A stretch of 64,000 nt of DNA. Origin: Adineta vaga (taxonomy: Eukaryota; Animalia; Rotifera). The position numbers and the translations under genes are program-made. Numbering within the stretch: position 1 is the first letter of the stretch; each line of letters starts with the position of its first letter. The stretch covers positions 10,850,001-10,914,000 of the forward strand of contig CP075494.1 of the NCBI GenBank assembly GCA_021613535.1, given 5' to 3'. Of the stretch, positions 26,879 to 39,456 are shown one piece after another. Below the pieces are notes generated by a model that saw nothing but the letters and a program-made list of their open reading frames with translations, searched no databases and was not told where the DNA came from.

Positions 26879-27451
26879 CTGCACAGATATACTCCCAATA
26901 TACGACTCTGACTATGGAAGAAACGACAGAAACGTTGCATCACAAATGGATTTATTCATATTATGAATATTGGTTATTAAGTGTTGCGTATGGATGTTCT
27001 AATGAATACTTCGGTTTTTATCAATAAGAACTTTCAAATCAAAACGTCTAAGCGTGAGATCACGTTCCTTCAACTATTTTCATTAGTACTAGTTCTTTTC
27101 TTTAGACAATGACGACTGATTTTGGAAATATAACAAAGCATAAAAACGCTTAAAACTTCAGATACCTTTGTCGAAAAAAACAAATTCCATAACCGTTATT
27201 CGTTTTTCACGTAAGTTGATTTTACGTAAATAATTACACAAAAGCAGTTTTTTATACCATTCAGTTCACCTTATGTAAGCTAAAGCCGTAAAATAAACGT
27301 GAAGCTCGTGAAAGAATAAATTATCCATGCGTATAAATGTGATTATTGCGTTTCTTCCTTACTCCAACTCCAATCATATCTGTTTCTTTACGAACTACCA
27401 ACACGTGATTTTACCCTCCTTCTTCAACTGATCTACGAATCATCGCAAAAT

Positions 27452-28783
27452 ATGTCCTCGAAAACCATTCGTCTCTATCTCTACTATACCATTTTGTTCA
27501 TCTTAAGTCTTGCAGCATTCTATGCTTTCCATCACATTACAAAAAAACATTCACCAGATTATCTCTACACAGAAAAATGTGTCTTATGTGTCATTTCCAG
27601 TTTTTTCAACATGTTTGTACTCTACTATCACTATACTCATGCACCACATCCAAAGTTTTGTATTCTAAAACAACGTCGTATCTCTATTTATACTCATATT
27701 GTTTCTGGTGTTCTCGAATTTATCACTTGTTGGCTTGCATTCGGCACTGGTAATATATACATAGCTAGAATTGCTGCATTGGCAGCTATTCTAGGTCATG
27801 TTCCTTCAGCTTATTATCAAACATCAATTGTCTTTGGGGCAAAAGCACTGATAGTTGCTGCTTACTTGTTTGCAATTTCTCTTCATTTATTTTGTGCATT
27901 GCATTTATTTGCTGAGCCAGATTCAGTTTATTGGTTGTTGAATGTGTTTCTTATTCATAACATTTATGTTTGGTGTCGAATACTCTATTCCTTTTTTGGC
28001 TTTGTCGGGCTTTTCAAAGATAATCGATATACGATCACTAGTTGGACAGCAGCTCTTATATTAATTCCAGCTGTACTTGGTGTTTCTGCGAATATGTTAT
28101 TTTTAGGATATGTTGCGTGTAGTGTTCTTCTCTACTTATTCATCGTTCGACCAAATGATGCAGAACGTGCACTATTTATTGGTGAACGAACACGAGATCT
28201 GTTAGTTAATCGAGCTATTTATGAACATTGGATAAATGACAAAAGTCGTTTGACAAAATCATCCAAAAATATAGAAGTCACTGATCAGCAAAAAGCAAAA
28301 GAAGTGTTCGATTTGTTGGATGTAGACAAAAATGGATTTATCGATGGTAAAGAAGTGAACCAATTGTTAAAAGAATGGAAAGTTGCCGAAGCATTCGTGA
28401 AACGCTTTTCTCGTTGGTCACAAAAAGGACATGTTACTTATGATGACTTTTACAAACATGTCTGGCGTCTTGGTGAAACATCGCTTGGTCATTTCAAAGA
28501 AGGTCACATAAAAGAAAGCAAAGAAAAAGCTCGATTCGTATTTGACTGTTTGGATAGTGATCGAAGTGGTTATATCGATGTGATAGAATTGCAAAAGTTA
28601 TTGATTCAATGGGGTTTGCCTGACAATGAAGTCGATGCATATCTTGCAACTGATGATGATAAACGTTACTCGTTTGATGAATTCTACCAGAATCTCAAAC
28701 CAATATGGGATTTTGCGTATCAAAACATGCGAGTTGGCCATAGTAATGATGTAGAGCAATCGTCGCACCCACATTCTAATTAG
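27452..28783 (+). CDS. Intronless multi-pass membrane protein with His-rich TM domain and C-terminal EF-hands
   Basis: 443-aa uninterrupted ORF with ~8 hydrophobic segments; canonical EF loops DVDKNGFIDGKE and DSDRSGYIDVIE, each paired with a degenerate hand; TATAAA at 27332. Confidence 0.88.
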   Translation: MSSKTIRLYLYYTILFILSLAAFYAFHHITKKHSPDYLYTEKCVLCVISSFFNMFVLYYHYTHAPHPKFCILKQRRISIYTHIVSGVLEFITCWLAFGTGNIYIARIAALAAILGHVPSAYYQTSIVFGAKALIVAAYLFAISLHLFCALHLFAEPDSVYWLLNVFLIHNIYVWCRILYSFFGFVGLFKDNRYTITSWTAALILIPAVLGVSANMLFLGYVACSVLLYLFIVRPNDAERALFIGERTRDLLVNRAIYEHWINDKSRLTKSSKNIEVTDQQKAKEVFDLLDVDKNGFIDGKEVNQLLKEWKVAEAFVKRFSRWSQKGHVTYDDFYKHVWRLGETSLGHFKEGHIKESKEKARFVFDCLDSDRSGYIDVIELQKLLIQWGLPDNEVDAYLATDDDKRYSFDEFYQNLKPIWDFAYQNMRVGHSNDVEQSSHPHSN

Positions 28784-29073
28784 ATTACGAAATTATCAGT
28801 CATTGACAGGATTATTTATAGACATTCCTCTGTTAATGTATGTCTGATAAAAGAAAAAAATCTTTTTTTCTGATAATATTTTTAGTTAAAACGAATAAAT
28901 GAAGAGAAATGTTCAATCTTTAAGAGAGGACAAAATGTAAAAGTTCATTTTGTTCAATTTATATATCATGAAATCAATGTTTCAGGATATGTGTTAAAAG
29001 AAAAGGTTTTATTTGTATGAAATATTTCATTGGAATCGACCCGAATAATCATCATACACGAAATGTTCAGAAG

Positions 29074-29095
29074 GAGAGAGAGAGAGAGAGAGAGA
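29074..29095 (+). repeat. (GA)n microsatellite
   Basis: Uninterrupted GA dinucleotide run upstream of the E93-like gene; (TA)n runs also occur near 18930-18949 and 19260-19282. Confidence 0.85.
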
Positions 29096-29549
29096 TGTTG
29101 TGCTGTCAAAATAAGTACAGTTCATTCATAGTTAGTAGTTGATATACCCGACTTCGAACTACCACAATCCGGTTCATGTTTGTCTTAAACTTTCTCTCTA
29201 CAAAACAAAAGAACAAATTCCGTCTGTTTCTTTCTTCACACAACCATCTCGCGACATCTGTGCGCTGTATAAAAATGGAATTCAAATATTCAAGGTGTTC
29301 ATTTACAATAATAATGGTAGTCGATTGTTGATTGGTAGAAAAGTGATGTTTTCTATATCACATGGAGAAATTCTATAAAATTCTTCCTGTTTCTAATTTT
29401 TCTCTTCATAATAGTCTGTTGCTTTTTATGTTGACTGCATGACTGAGTAGCTAATTAGTCGAGTTAAATGATGAAATAAATCTTCTGTTATCTTAAGAAA
29501 AGCGCGAATTATTTCATGATTTTGATATTTTTTCAATTAAATATTCCAG

Positions 29550-31028
29550 ATGACGGAATGTTATTCAGCTCGTTGCCAACAAGATCGTAGATTAGCTCGA
29601 CGAGAATTCAATAAATGGACAAAAAATATCCTTTTACAAATTGGTAAATGAAAATTTGAATGAAAAATACAACAATCATTTCTTTTTATCTTTCAAGGAT
29701 TAGAAACAATATCAAAAAATCATTTTGAATTTGATGTAAATTTATTTCAAGAAAAAGATGGTAAAATAAATATTTACAAGAAAGAATAAAAATACAATTT
29801 TTGATTGAATTTGTAGATGAACAAATACCGAATGATTTTAATCCTGATCAAGAATGTTTATTTTGTCTTAATCGACAAGAATATTTAGGAAATAAAAAAC
29901 TTACGAATCGAAATAATGATCATCAACATCATTTCATTAAAGAATCGATTGTTGATGATGAAGAAAATGCACCATTAGATTTAAGTTTAAAATCAACGTC
30001 AAATCATTCACCATTGATCACATCAAATCATCGAGCAAATATCAAGTAACTATTAAGAAAAAACAAACAAACAAACAAACAACAACAACTTCTCTTTCTA
30101 TTCTAGACATCGACCATTATTTGATGTCAAGTCAGATATACCACCAATGTATGGTCAGGAAGAATTTGATCGTTTTATGTCTGAAATGATTACTAGTCAG
30201 TTAGGTAAGGAATGTCATGTTCAATCAATGAATTACCTTTTTTTTCGTCATATATCAATCTAGAGTTTTCATCTCAACCATATTTAAATCTAAATCTTTT
30301 TCCAACAATTCCAACATCACATTCTCAATCGAATAAAAAGAAGAATTCATCATCACAAGATAATCGTATTGCTCAATTAGCTAAACAAATGGCATATGAA
30401 CGAATGTTACAAGAAATTGAATATCAACGTCATCCATCTTTAACGAATAAAAAATCGAAAAGTTCATCAAATAATCATTCATCATCAATTTTAACTGAAT
30501 CATTTCATGTCAATCATTTACTCAATGATGTTATGATGCGTATATTACATGAAATGTTTGAAAAACAACAACAACAACAACAACAAACAGTAACAACCTC
30601 TGCACCTCAACCACGTGCATCTCGCAAAGGTGAATTATTATTTGTTAAAAAACAAAATATTAACAATGATGAACAATATAATTCCAATATTTTTAATCAT
30701 TTTAATAACAATCCTATTACTACTACTACTACTAATAACAATAATAAAAACCAACAAAAGGTTTGTATTAATTCCTTAAAACTTAAATCTATAAAAACAT
30801 TTCAAATAAGATTCTTAGAATCTAAAATTCTTCATATTCCCTCAAGGAATTTGAATAATTCTTCTTCTCTTTTTTATAGCCGAATGATAAAGTTAATCCT
30901 TCATCTTCAAGTTCTTCATCTACATCGAGTGTTTCATTAACAAGCTCCTCATCGATTCAAAAGAAAGCTAAACATAAATCGAAATCCAATCAATCAACAA
31001 CATATATTCCAAAAGGACGATCAGTTGA

Positions 31029-31060
<32 letters not shown>

Positions 31061-31601
31061 AGATCAGTATTGGTACTGATGGAAAACAAATCCGTCCGAA
31101 ACGTGGACAATATCGTCGTTATGAATCGGAACAGTTGGCCAAAGCAGTTGCTGCTGTTTTAAGTAATGAAATGTCCGTGCATAAAGCTGGATCTTATTTT
31201 GGTGTACCACATTCAACAGTAAATTATACTATTTAAATTTTCAATTTACTGAATATGATTTTCTTTTTTCTTAGTTGGAATATAAAGTTAAAGAAAGAAA
31301 TACTAAATCATCTTCAACATTGAAATCTAAAAATGAATCAACATCTATGAATGATAATGATAATAATCTCATGTTACATGGTTCGTTTCTATTTTTCTGT
31401 GGAGAATAATAATAAGAAAGAGAATTCATCTTGTTTTCAGGTGATAATGATGATGATGAAGATGATGACGATGATGATGATGAAAAATCGTCGAAAGGTC
31501 TTGTTGGTTTTTTACCTCCATCAAACAGTAATTTGAATGAAATCGATGATGAAAATGATTCGAATGATGGTGACGATGATCTCGAAGAATCTCTCAATTG
31601 A
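29550..31601 (+). CDS. Eip93F: E93/Mblk-1/LCoR-family HTH-Psq transcription factor
   Basis: N-terminal MTECYSARCQQDRRLARREFNKWTKNILLQIGLE (E93 signature), ECLFC, CtBP motif APLDLS, Psq domain RPKRGQYRRY..MSVHKAGSYFGVPHSTLEYKVKER, acidic tail. Confidence 0.88.
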
Positions 31602-32123
31602 TTTTCTTCGACAATCAATTTAGCTTCTTCTTCTCTACATCTTTCTACTCATTTTTACACATCCATACATCAATTTCTACTTTTATTTAAACAACTGATT
31701 GTTTTTTTTTCTGTTTCAATGTGTATATAAATCTATAGTACATGTTTTTACTAGTCAAGAACATCACAAGAGAATCTTCATGTTTTCTGTACTCATTTTA
31801 AACATGGAGGAGAATGAATCTTTTCTTTTTTTGTTGTGTGAATTTCGTTTTTCTCTTCTTTTAACAAAAAAAAAACATTTCCAAGTTTATTTGTTTGCTT
31901 TGTTTGTTTGTTCTCTCTATTGTATATCTATATGTGTATGATTGTTTGTTGCTACAAAAAAAGAGTCAGTATTTGTTTTCTTTTTCTTCTTAAATCTGTG
32001 TTATTTGATTAGGCCATCCAAGAAAAACAAACAATAAAAAAAGATTTTATGTCCTGTTTTGTGCAATATAACTATTTCGATATTAATCTCTTTTTTTTTG
32101 TTTTGTTTTTCGAGTTTCTAGAG

Positions 32124-33380
32124 ATGGGTTGCCTTTGTGGACGGCAAAGTGTGGTAATTCAAGGACAAAAGTTTCATCTTATACGACAAATTGGTGAAGG
32201 GTACATTGTTCGAGGAAAACAGACAGATTGATATTGTTGAATGGGGATGTATTGTTTTTAGAAGTTTCAGTTATGTGTTTGAAGCGCGAAATACAGCGGA
32301 TAGTCATCGATATGCAGTGAAGAAAATGTCATGTCATACGAATGAAGAAGAAAAACGTGCACGAGATGAAATCGAAAATTATCAAAGATTTTCACATTCG
32401 AATTTAGGTTGGAATAGAACATTTGTTTTCGTTTTATTCTAATCGATTTGTTAGTTTAGTTTCCTTACTTTATCATGATCAAGTGAAATATAATCCAGAT
32501 GCACATGTTACAAGTATAGTTTGGCTAGTTTTTCCATATTTTAAAGTAATAGTATTTCGATTTCAAGATGTTTATTCATTTGATTTTGATAGAATGGCTC
32601 ATTGCAAAATGCATTTGATAGACAAACAAAATTTACTACTCGTGTTTTACTCGAATTATTTCTAAGTATTTGTGAAGGTGTTCGTCAAATTCATGATAAA
32701 CAAATGGCACATAGGTTGAACACTTATCATAATTTGTATTAAATATTATTGATTTATATTTATAGAGATTTAAAACCTAGTAATGTGATGTTATTAAATA
32801 ATTCTCATGGTATTATATTAGATTTTGGTTCAATGACACCTGCATCGATTTCCATCACTAATAGATCGGAAGCACAACAATGGCAGGTAATGTTCAATGA
32901 TGAAGAATTACTGAATATAATCTTCTATATTTAGGATTGGGCAGAAGAAAATTGTTGTGTACAATGTAATTAATCATGTTTTGTATAGAAATGATAATTT
33001 CTTTCTACTTATAGATCGTGCTCCCGAATTATTTCATATTGAAACAAATGCTTTGATTACATCTAAGACGGATATATTTTCGTTAGGTGGAATTCTCTAT
33101 GCTTGTTGTTTTGGCAAAGGACCATTTGATGATGTGTATTCAAGAGGAGATAGGTAGAAATGATTTTTATTTTTCATTTATCAAATGCTTTGATTTTAGT
33201 GTCGCATTAGCAATAGCTAGTGGTCGTATTGAATTACCTGTTCAATCTTCGACATATCCAACTATTATAATTGATACAATGCTTTCTATGTTGCGTACGG
33301 AACCTAATCAACGTCCATCAATCAATGAAGTTATCGATGAACTTTCTAGTGCTGCTCGTTTAACAATGAATATTGCATAA
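32124..33380 (+). CDS. STK16: Serine/threonine kinase 16 (NAK family)
   Basis: MGCLC myristoyl/palmitoyl N-terminus, IGEGSFSYV, YAVKKM, AHRDLKPSNVML, LDFGS, QDWAEENC..YRAPELF, GDSVALA. Confidence 0.92.
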
Positions 33381-33575
33381 ATGTTCGGGGTTTTTTTTTA
33401 TTGTAAAAATGTATGTTTTTCAGTCTATCCTTTGCTCACTTTATGAACATTTTACAAAACAAATGTACAGCATGTCATGAATATAATTACAAGGTTAAAA
33501 ATAAAGAGAATAAATCTGAACGATAAGAATAAAAAAAAGAAGAAGAAGAAGAAGGAAAACGTAAAGAAAAAGAAA

Positions 33576-35832
33576 CTATAACCAAATTTCAAATTGACTA
33601 TCTTTACAAATAATTTCATATGTATCACTATGATGTAAACGAAGTGAATGAATTTCAAAATAATTTCGAACTTGTCGATCGTCTTGTGGAGTTTTATCCA
33701 AGATATATTTACTTGTTCGTTGTATTTTCAAACTAATTAATTCAATAAAAACATCTAACATTGTTTTTATTGTTTTCAAATCGACGTATAATTTTGGATT
33801 AACATCAATGGTTAAATGTTCAAGATAAGGAAATAATGATGGTAAATCAGTTAGAATACGATTTAAACGATTCTGTCGATCAATTTGCATACAATTCAAT
33901 TCTAATGTTTGAATACGTGTTAGATAAGAAACATCGGGTGATGGTATTCGAAGAAAATATTTAATTAATAAATAACCTGTAACTGTTAATGTTGTTAAAT
34001 ATGGTGCTAAGGAAAAGAGTAATGGAAATAATCGACCATCACATTCATTGATAATTAAATGTTTTAAATATTGAAAAGTAAAATTTTCTGATGATTTTAA
34101 AGGTAAAGAACATGAATCATTCGTTGGTATGACAATATTTTGTATTTGTAAAATATGTGCTTTTAAACAATGTTGTTTGAATAATTCAATGAGTTGTTGA
34201 TTGATTTCATTGATCGTTCCATGTGTAGCATCGAGAACTAATTTTTGAACGGATTTGAAATTATTTTTTAAAATTAAATGATTAAATAAACGAGAATTTG
34301 ATGTTGATAATTTTAATGTATCGAATGCATAAGGTAATGTAAATAATTTCAAACGTGTTTTATTCGAATGTGGACGCCAAATAATATGTCCAATTGGCCA
34401 ATGAGTATCAAAAGAAGAGAATGATGAAAGAATTGGATTGAGACGTGTATGAATTTCATCAATAGACATATCAAAACAAAATTGCAATTGTTTCAAACGT
34501 GGAAATGAATTTTCAAGAAAGATTTCCCAACGATGGCCACTAAAATGAAAGAATGAAGGAAAAATCTTGATCTATTCATTGTTTTCTCTGTTACTTACTT
34601 AAAATAGTTTTGATCTGTTGTTGTTCGATTGAAATAAGCTAATCGTTCTAATTTAGCTGCTCGAATTCGACTTGTCATTAATAATACAAATCGATCAAAA
34701 TTTAATTCATTGCCCGTAACATGCAATTCAAAATCAACAAGATTTATCGGTGGTTTACCGCACAAGGGAACATTCAATGGTGTTTGATCAGCAAATAATT
34801 TGACACATAATTTTTGTAGATTTGGAACATGTTCTAATAATAAAAGAAGACTATCGAATGATCGTAATGGAATTGTTAATTCTTTTAAATGATCATAATT
34901 CGATGGTATATCAGTTTTAGCAATGAATTGTAAATAATCATTATTATGCATTTCAATGGAAATTGATTGTAATGTTTTGATTTGTGTTAAGCCAAAAAGA
35001 TGATGTTGTAAACAACTTTTATATGTAATTTCATTCGTTGATGATGATGGTCGTTGAATACGAATATTTAAAACTCGAATAGACATTTGTTTAAGTTTAG
35101 AAAAAACAAGATTTAATTCATCAATTGTTGGATCAATCAAAGATAAACGTTCGAGTAAGGGAAAACGATGAAGATTTAAATCAATACGGAACACTTGTTT
35201 AATTGCATACTAAATAGAAAAGAAAAGAAAAGTTATAGGATTGAATTTATTCATGAAAAATTTACCTGATTATTGATAATCAATGATTTAACATTGGATA
35301 GATGATTTCGAAGATGCTCAAATTGTTCAATAGATAATTTTGAACAATCAATATGATGTGTATACGGTTGAAGTACTTGATTAAAACGTCGATTGAGATT
35401 TAGAAAAGCATAAAATAGATCCGATTGCGATAAATATTTGAATGTTTCAAATAAGATTTCATTTGGTAAACTACCTTCAAAGGTCGCGAGAGATTTCTTT
35501 TGGCCAAGGAGATTATCATTCATCGTCGTTGCCCTTGTTGTTATTGTTTGTTTTATTTCTATAGAAGAAAAAAAACAAATTAGGGGCCAAATCTCCTAAG
35601 AAGATCTCTTTTTACCAGATTGATTATCAATGAAAACCACGGAACAATTTTGATTTTCACTTCCTGTTGTTGCCGATAAAGCTCGCCGTTTAATTCCATT
35701 TGGATTACTACTATTAATTTCATCAAATGGGCGTTTTGGACAGTTGGTTAACAATGCAGTTATAACTGCACTATGTGTTTTCGATCGATCACGTCTCTTA
35801 CGTCTTCTAGTTAGTTTTGTTATTTCCGACAT
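33576..35832 (-). CDS. F-box domain protein with degenerate leucine-rich repeats
   Basis: F-box SLPNEILFETFKYLSQSDLFYAFLNLNRRFNQVL, repeats such as FPLLERLSL, VPNLQKLCV, APYLTTLTV, FPYLEHLTI, and an LFTLPY motif; this type is expanded in bdelloid rotifers. ORFs 35596, 35251, 34595 and 33576 are its exons. Confidence 0.8.
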
Positions 35833-38800
35833 GATTTTTGTATGTGAATATGATTATCAAAAAACAAAACAATGATCTTTGCTTTTGTTCGAATGAATAA
35901 AGAAAATCTTTCTGAATTGATTTCACGTGATGATATAAATAAAGCTCGACGAAACGATTTGAAAGAACATTGTTCTGGTTATTCATAAAACACCAATAAA
36001 ATACTTTGACAATAGATGTCGTCTTTTTTAGAATGTCAAAAGTAATATCTCTCATAAAGATAAGAAAAAGAACTAAATTATGTTAGTATCTGTCATTCAA
36101 TTCATTCATTTATTTAGAATAATTGCAATATTTCTTTTCCTATTGGTAAAAACTTCCAATAATATATGAAAAATAGGTCACGAAATAAATTTATTTTATT
36201 AGCTCAAAAAACAAAAAACAAATGACCTTATCATATTTTTATCTTTATAAATTGCATTTTCTATAATTAATCATATTTTACCTAACATCTTAATATAGTA
36301 TAATTATTAAAGTTGGAGAATATATCATATGCCTATATACTTTGTTAATGAATTTTTCAACTTGAAATGTTTTCTCTATTAAACGAATTGCTTGGAGCAA
36401 TATTTACATGATGATGTTCTTTTAGATTATCTAGAAATAAGGCTCATTTATTTTCTTTCGAACAGAAAAAAAGAAGTTGATATTTTTCTATAGTATTTGC
36501 TTTTTTTATTTTCAAGGAAATGAATTCTTTGAGTAAGTTTGCCTACATGTTTAACCTCCTTGAGAACGACGCTGTCGACTATTGTATATTATTTTTTAAT
36601 CATATTTCATTATACATATTTCTTTCTTGAACACTAAACAAATTATTTATGAACGTTATATTTGATTTTCTTGATTGAGAGTAATTAGGGATTCATTGCC
36701 ATGCTTGTACAATTAAAAGTGGCAGTTGGCTGTCTGATCTTTTACCTTCGAATGTACCGAATAAGAAGCTTTATTTTGAAAGTTTTTTTTAGAAGGAAAG
36801 TTGAGCGCCTTAATTCTATTTCTTTATAAACTTATAGATGAGATTTTTCTTTAGAAACAAATCTCATTTTTATCATGGATGCTTGAGATATGTTGATCTA
36901 TTTTTTCCTACGTCCTATAGAATAAATATGTTATTTGCTTCGGTCGAGCCAATGCGTCCATGCGTAGAATGAAGAAAAATTGACACAAGTAAATAATTTC
37001 CTATACTTTATGTCGTTATATGTTCTATTTAAGTGTGCTCTATTCTTATATTGCATACCTCGGATGCATGAGTAAACTTTGATCTACATCATTATGTCAT
37101 CGAATGTGAGTGACTATTCGAAACCATCGGAATAGTAATGTCTGTCATATGATTGTTTGAGAAATGAACAAGAAAAACATAACTATGTTTACCTACATGC
37201 ATTTGCCATTATATTTTCGAATCACGAGAATAAGTAAATACTTGGTAGACAGAGTTCATAGTATATCGTAAATTATCAAATGTTTTTTTGAACGTTCCTA
37301 GATTATGACTGATAATTCCTTCCAATATGAATTTTTAACATACATTCTATCATTAGTAGCATCTATTGAGATATTAATGATCATACCAAAGGCATTAGAA
37401 TGATGAATAATGATGAATTGGTTTTTCTTTATAGAATCAATGAAAAATCTCTCGAGATGGAAGATATTTTATATTCAGTTTTTTCCTTGTTCGTTCGATT
37501 GATTAATAACTGATTACTTTTTTCGACATCTCTCTTCAACCGTACTTTATTTAACTGATTGTTAGTCGAGCAGTAGATTTGAATAATATATGCATGAACA
37601 ATTTGTCTTTTCTACAAAGTATCAGAGTCTACTCAAATATTTTTCTCTAATAGAAAGCAAACTCCTTTATTTTTCTCACCATCTGTCAATAAATTCAAGA
37701 TACAGATCATAAAAAGATCTTTCTTCTGTGTCAAACATCAACCCGCGTAAAAAAATTATCTATCGGATAGAAAAAACAATAGATTTCGTCATCTGCTATT
37801 TTTACCCTGTTTAACGAGTACAACTAAAAAGAGTACGGAAACATGATTGACTCACACACACAGTAGGAGTTCTAATGATTATGTCGAAGTCTTTTCAACT
37901 CTTGATTAGCATAGTGTCGACATGTATTCATCATAACGTTCGAAACAGATTGTTGAGGGTGTATGAACATGAATTTATAAAACTGATTTAACGAGATTTT
38001 TCGGCATATGTTTTCTTTGTATTCTTTTAGATTTGCTCATTCGTTAAGACATTGACGTTTATCTAATCATTTGTCATCGTTTGTTATTAGCATGAATATT
38101 TTTTCTTTTCATTCTCTCGAAAAACAACAACGCAGATCAAAGCAAAATATATTCCGAAAGAAGTATGTATTTGAAAAAGAAGGAATTTTTTTTAAAATCT
38201 ATTAATAGAGTCCGTGCGTAGAGTTCTTTTGAACTAATAATAAAAGGCTTGAGAAAACGTAAATGATAAATGCTCTTATTGATTGTTGATATATTTACGT
38301 ATTGAGAAAATAGAAAAGAAACTCATTTGTCGTACTTCTTTTATAAAACTATGGAATTGATTTATGACATTCAAATGTCCATTGAAGTCGTCCTTTTACC
38401 TCATCATTTTTCTGCTTTGTTAAACTAATTCATTTATATGCATGATGGAATCTGTTCAAAGCTATTACATCGCTTTCATCATCGATAAGATCTTAAATAG
38501 ACATCATTACAATTGATTCTTTTGGTGCAATAAAAAAGAATATGTATGTGAATACATTACTCTTGTTCACGTCATCTTCTTTCTTTTTTCACTCAGAAAT
38601 TATGCGTCTTGAGACATAAGTCGATCAACTAAGCTACAATTAATTGGTGACAATTTTATCCCTTACAATCGGTTCAGACAGAGAACAAAAAGGGGAGTGT
38701 GAAAATTGTTTTTATCAATTCCTTCTATTAACCTATGTGTATAGACATATTACTTCCTAGAATCTATTTAAAATGGTCTCGTCATCTTTATAATTATTCT

Positions 38801-39456
38801 ATGAGCATCAGTTTTTGGACTTTATAAATTATATAGTATCAATTCCAGATTCTTTTTTTGTTGTTGAAAATATCATATATTTCTCTCTCACTTCATTTTT
38901 CGACACTCCATGTCAATTAAATAGATAGGGTGTGTTTTTAGTAGAGAGAAAACTCTTAAATCTTCTTCTTTTTTTGTGAAGTAACACGCACATATTGTTA
39001 TTTCCCTTTTTTTCTGAGTAAGATTATGAACTGATTCTTTTACAGTGATATATAATGTCTATTGGAATAAGACGACATTGGAAATATTATGAAGAAAAAT
39101 GTCAGTACATTTATCGATATTATATTTATCAAATTTCAAAATAAAACTATTGAATATGAACACGTCTATTTAATTTGATTCTTTACACTCATTTCTAGAT
39201 AACATTTAGCGTCATTCTTGCGAACTATTCTTTACCATTTTATTGTTTTTACAAATGACATAGAAATCATTTATGTGTAGAGAGTTTGTTTTCTATATAC
39301 TTTTAGAAAATTATAAACTGTATATTTATTCGTATTCAAAGAAAAACCCAATATGTTAAATTGTCATTGAATGGATTATTTTAATCTTGCTTTACTAAGT
39401 CTAATGATGACATAATGTCATCGTCATTTTAATCGTCCTTTCTTTAATCAAACTTA

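Noticed and set aside
35850-39450. 3.6-kb gene-free interval as a possible transposon or hidden gene
   Set aside because: No substantial ORF, terminal repeats, tandem array or exon chain found; treated as intergenic or regulatory.
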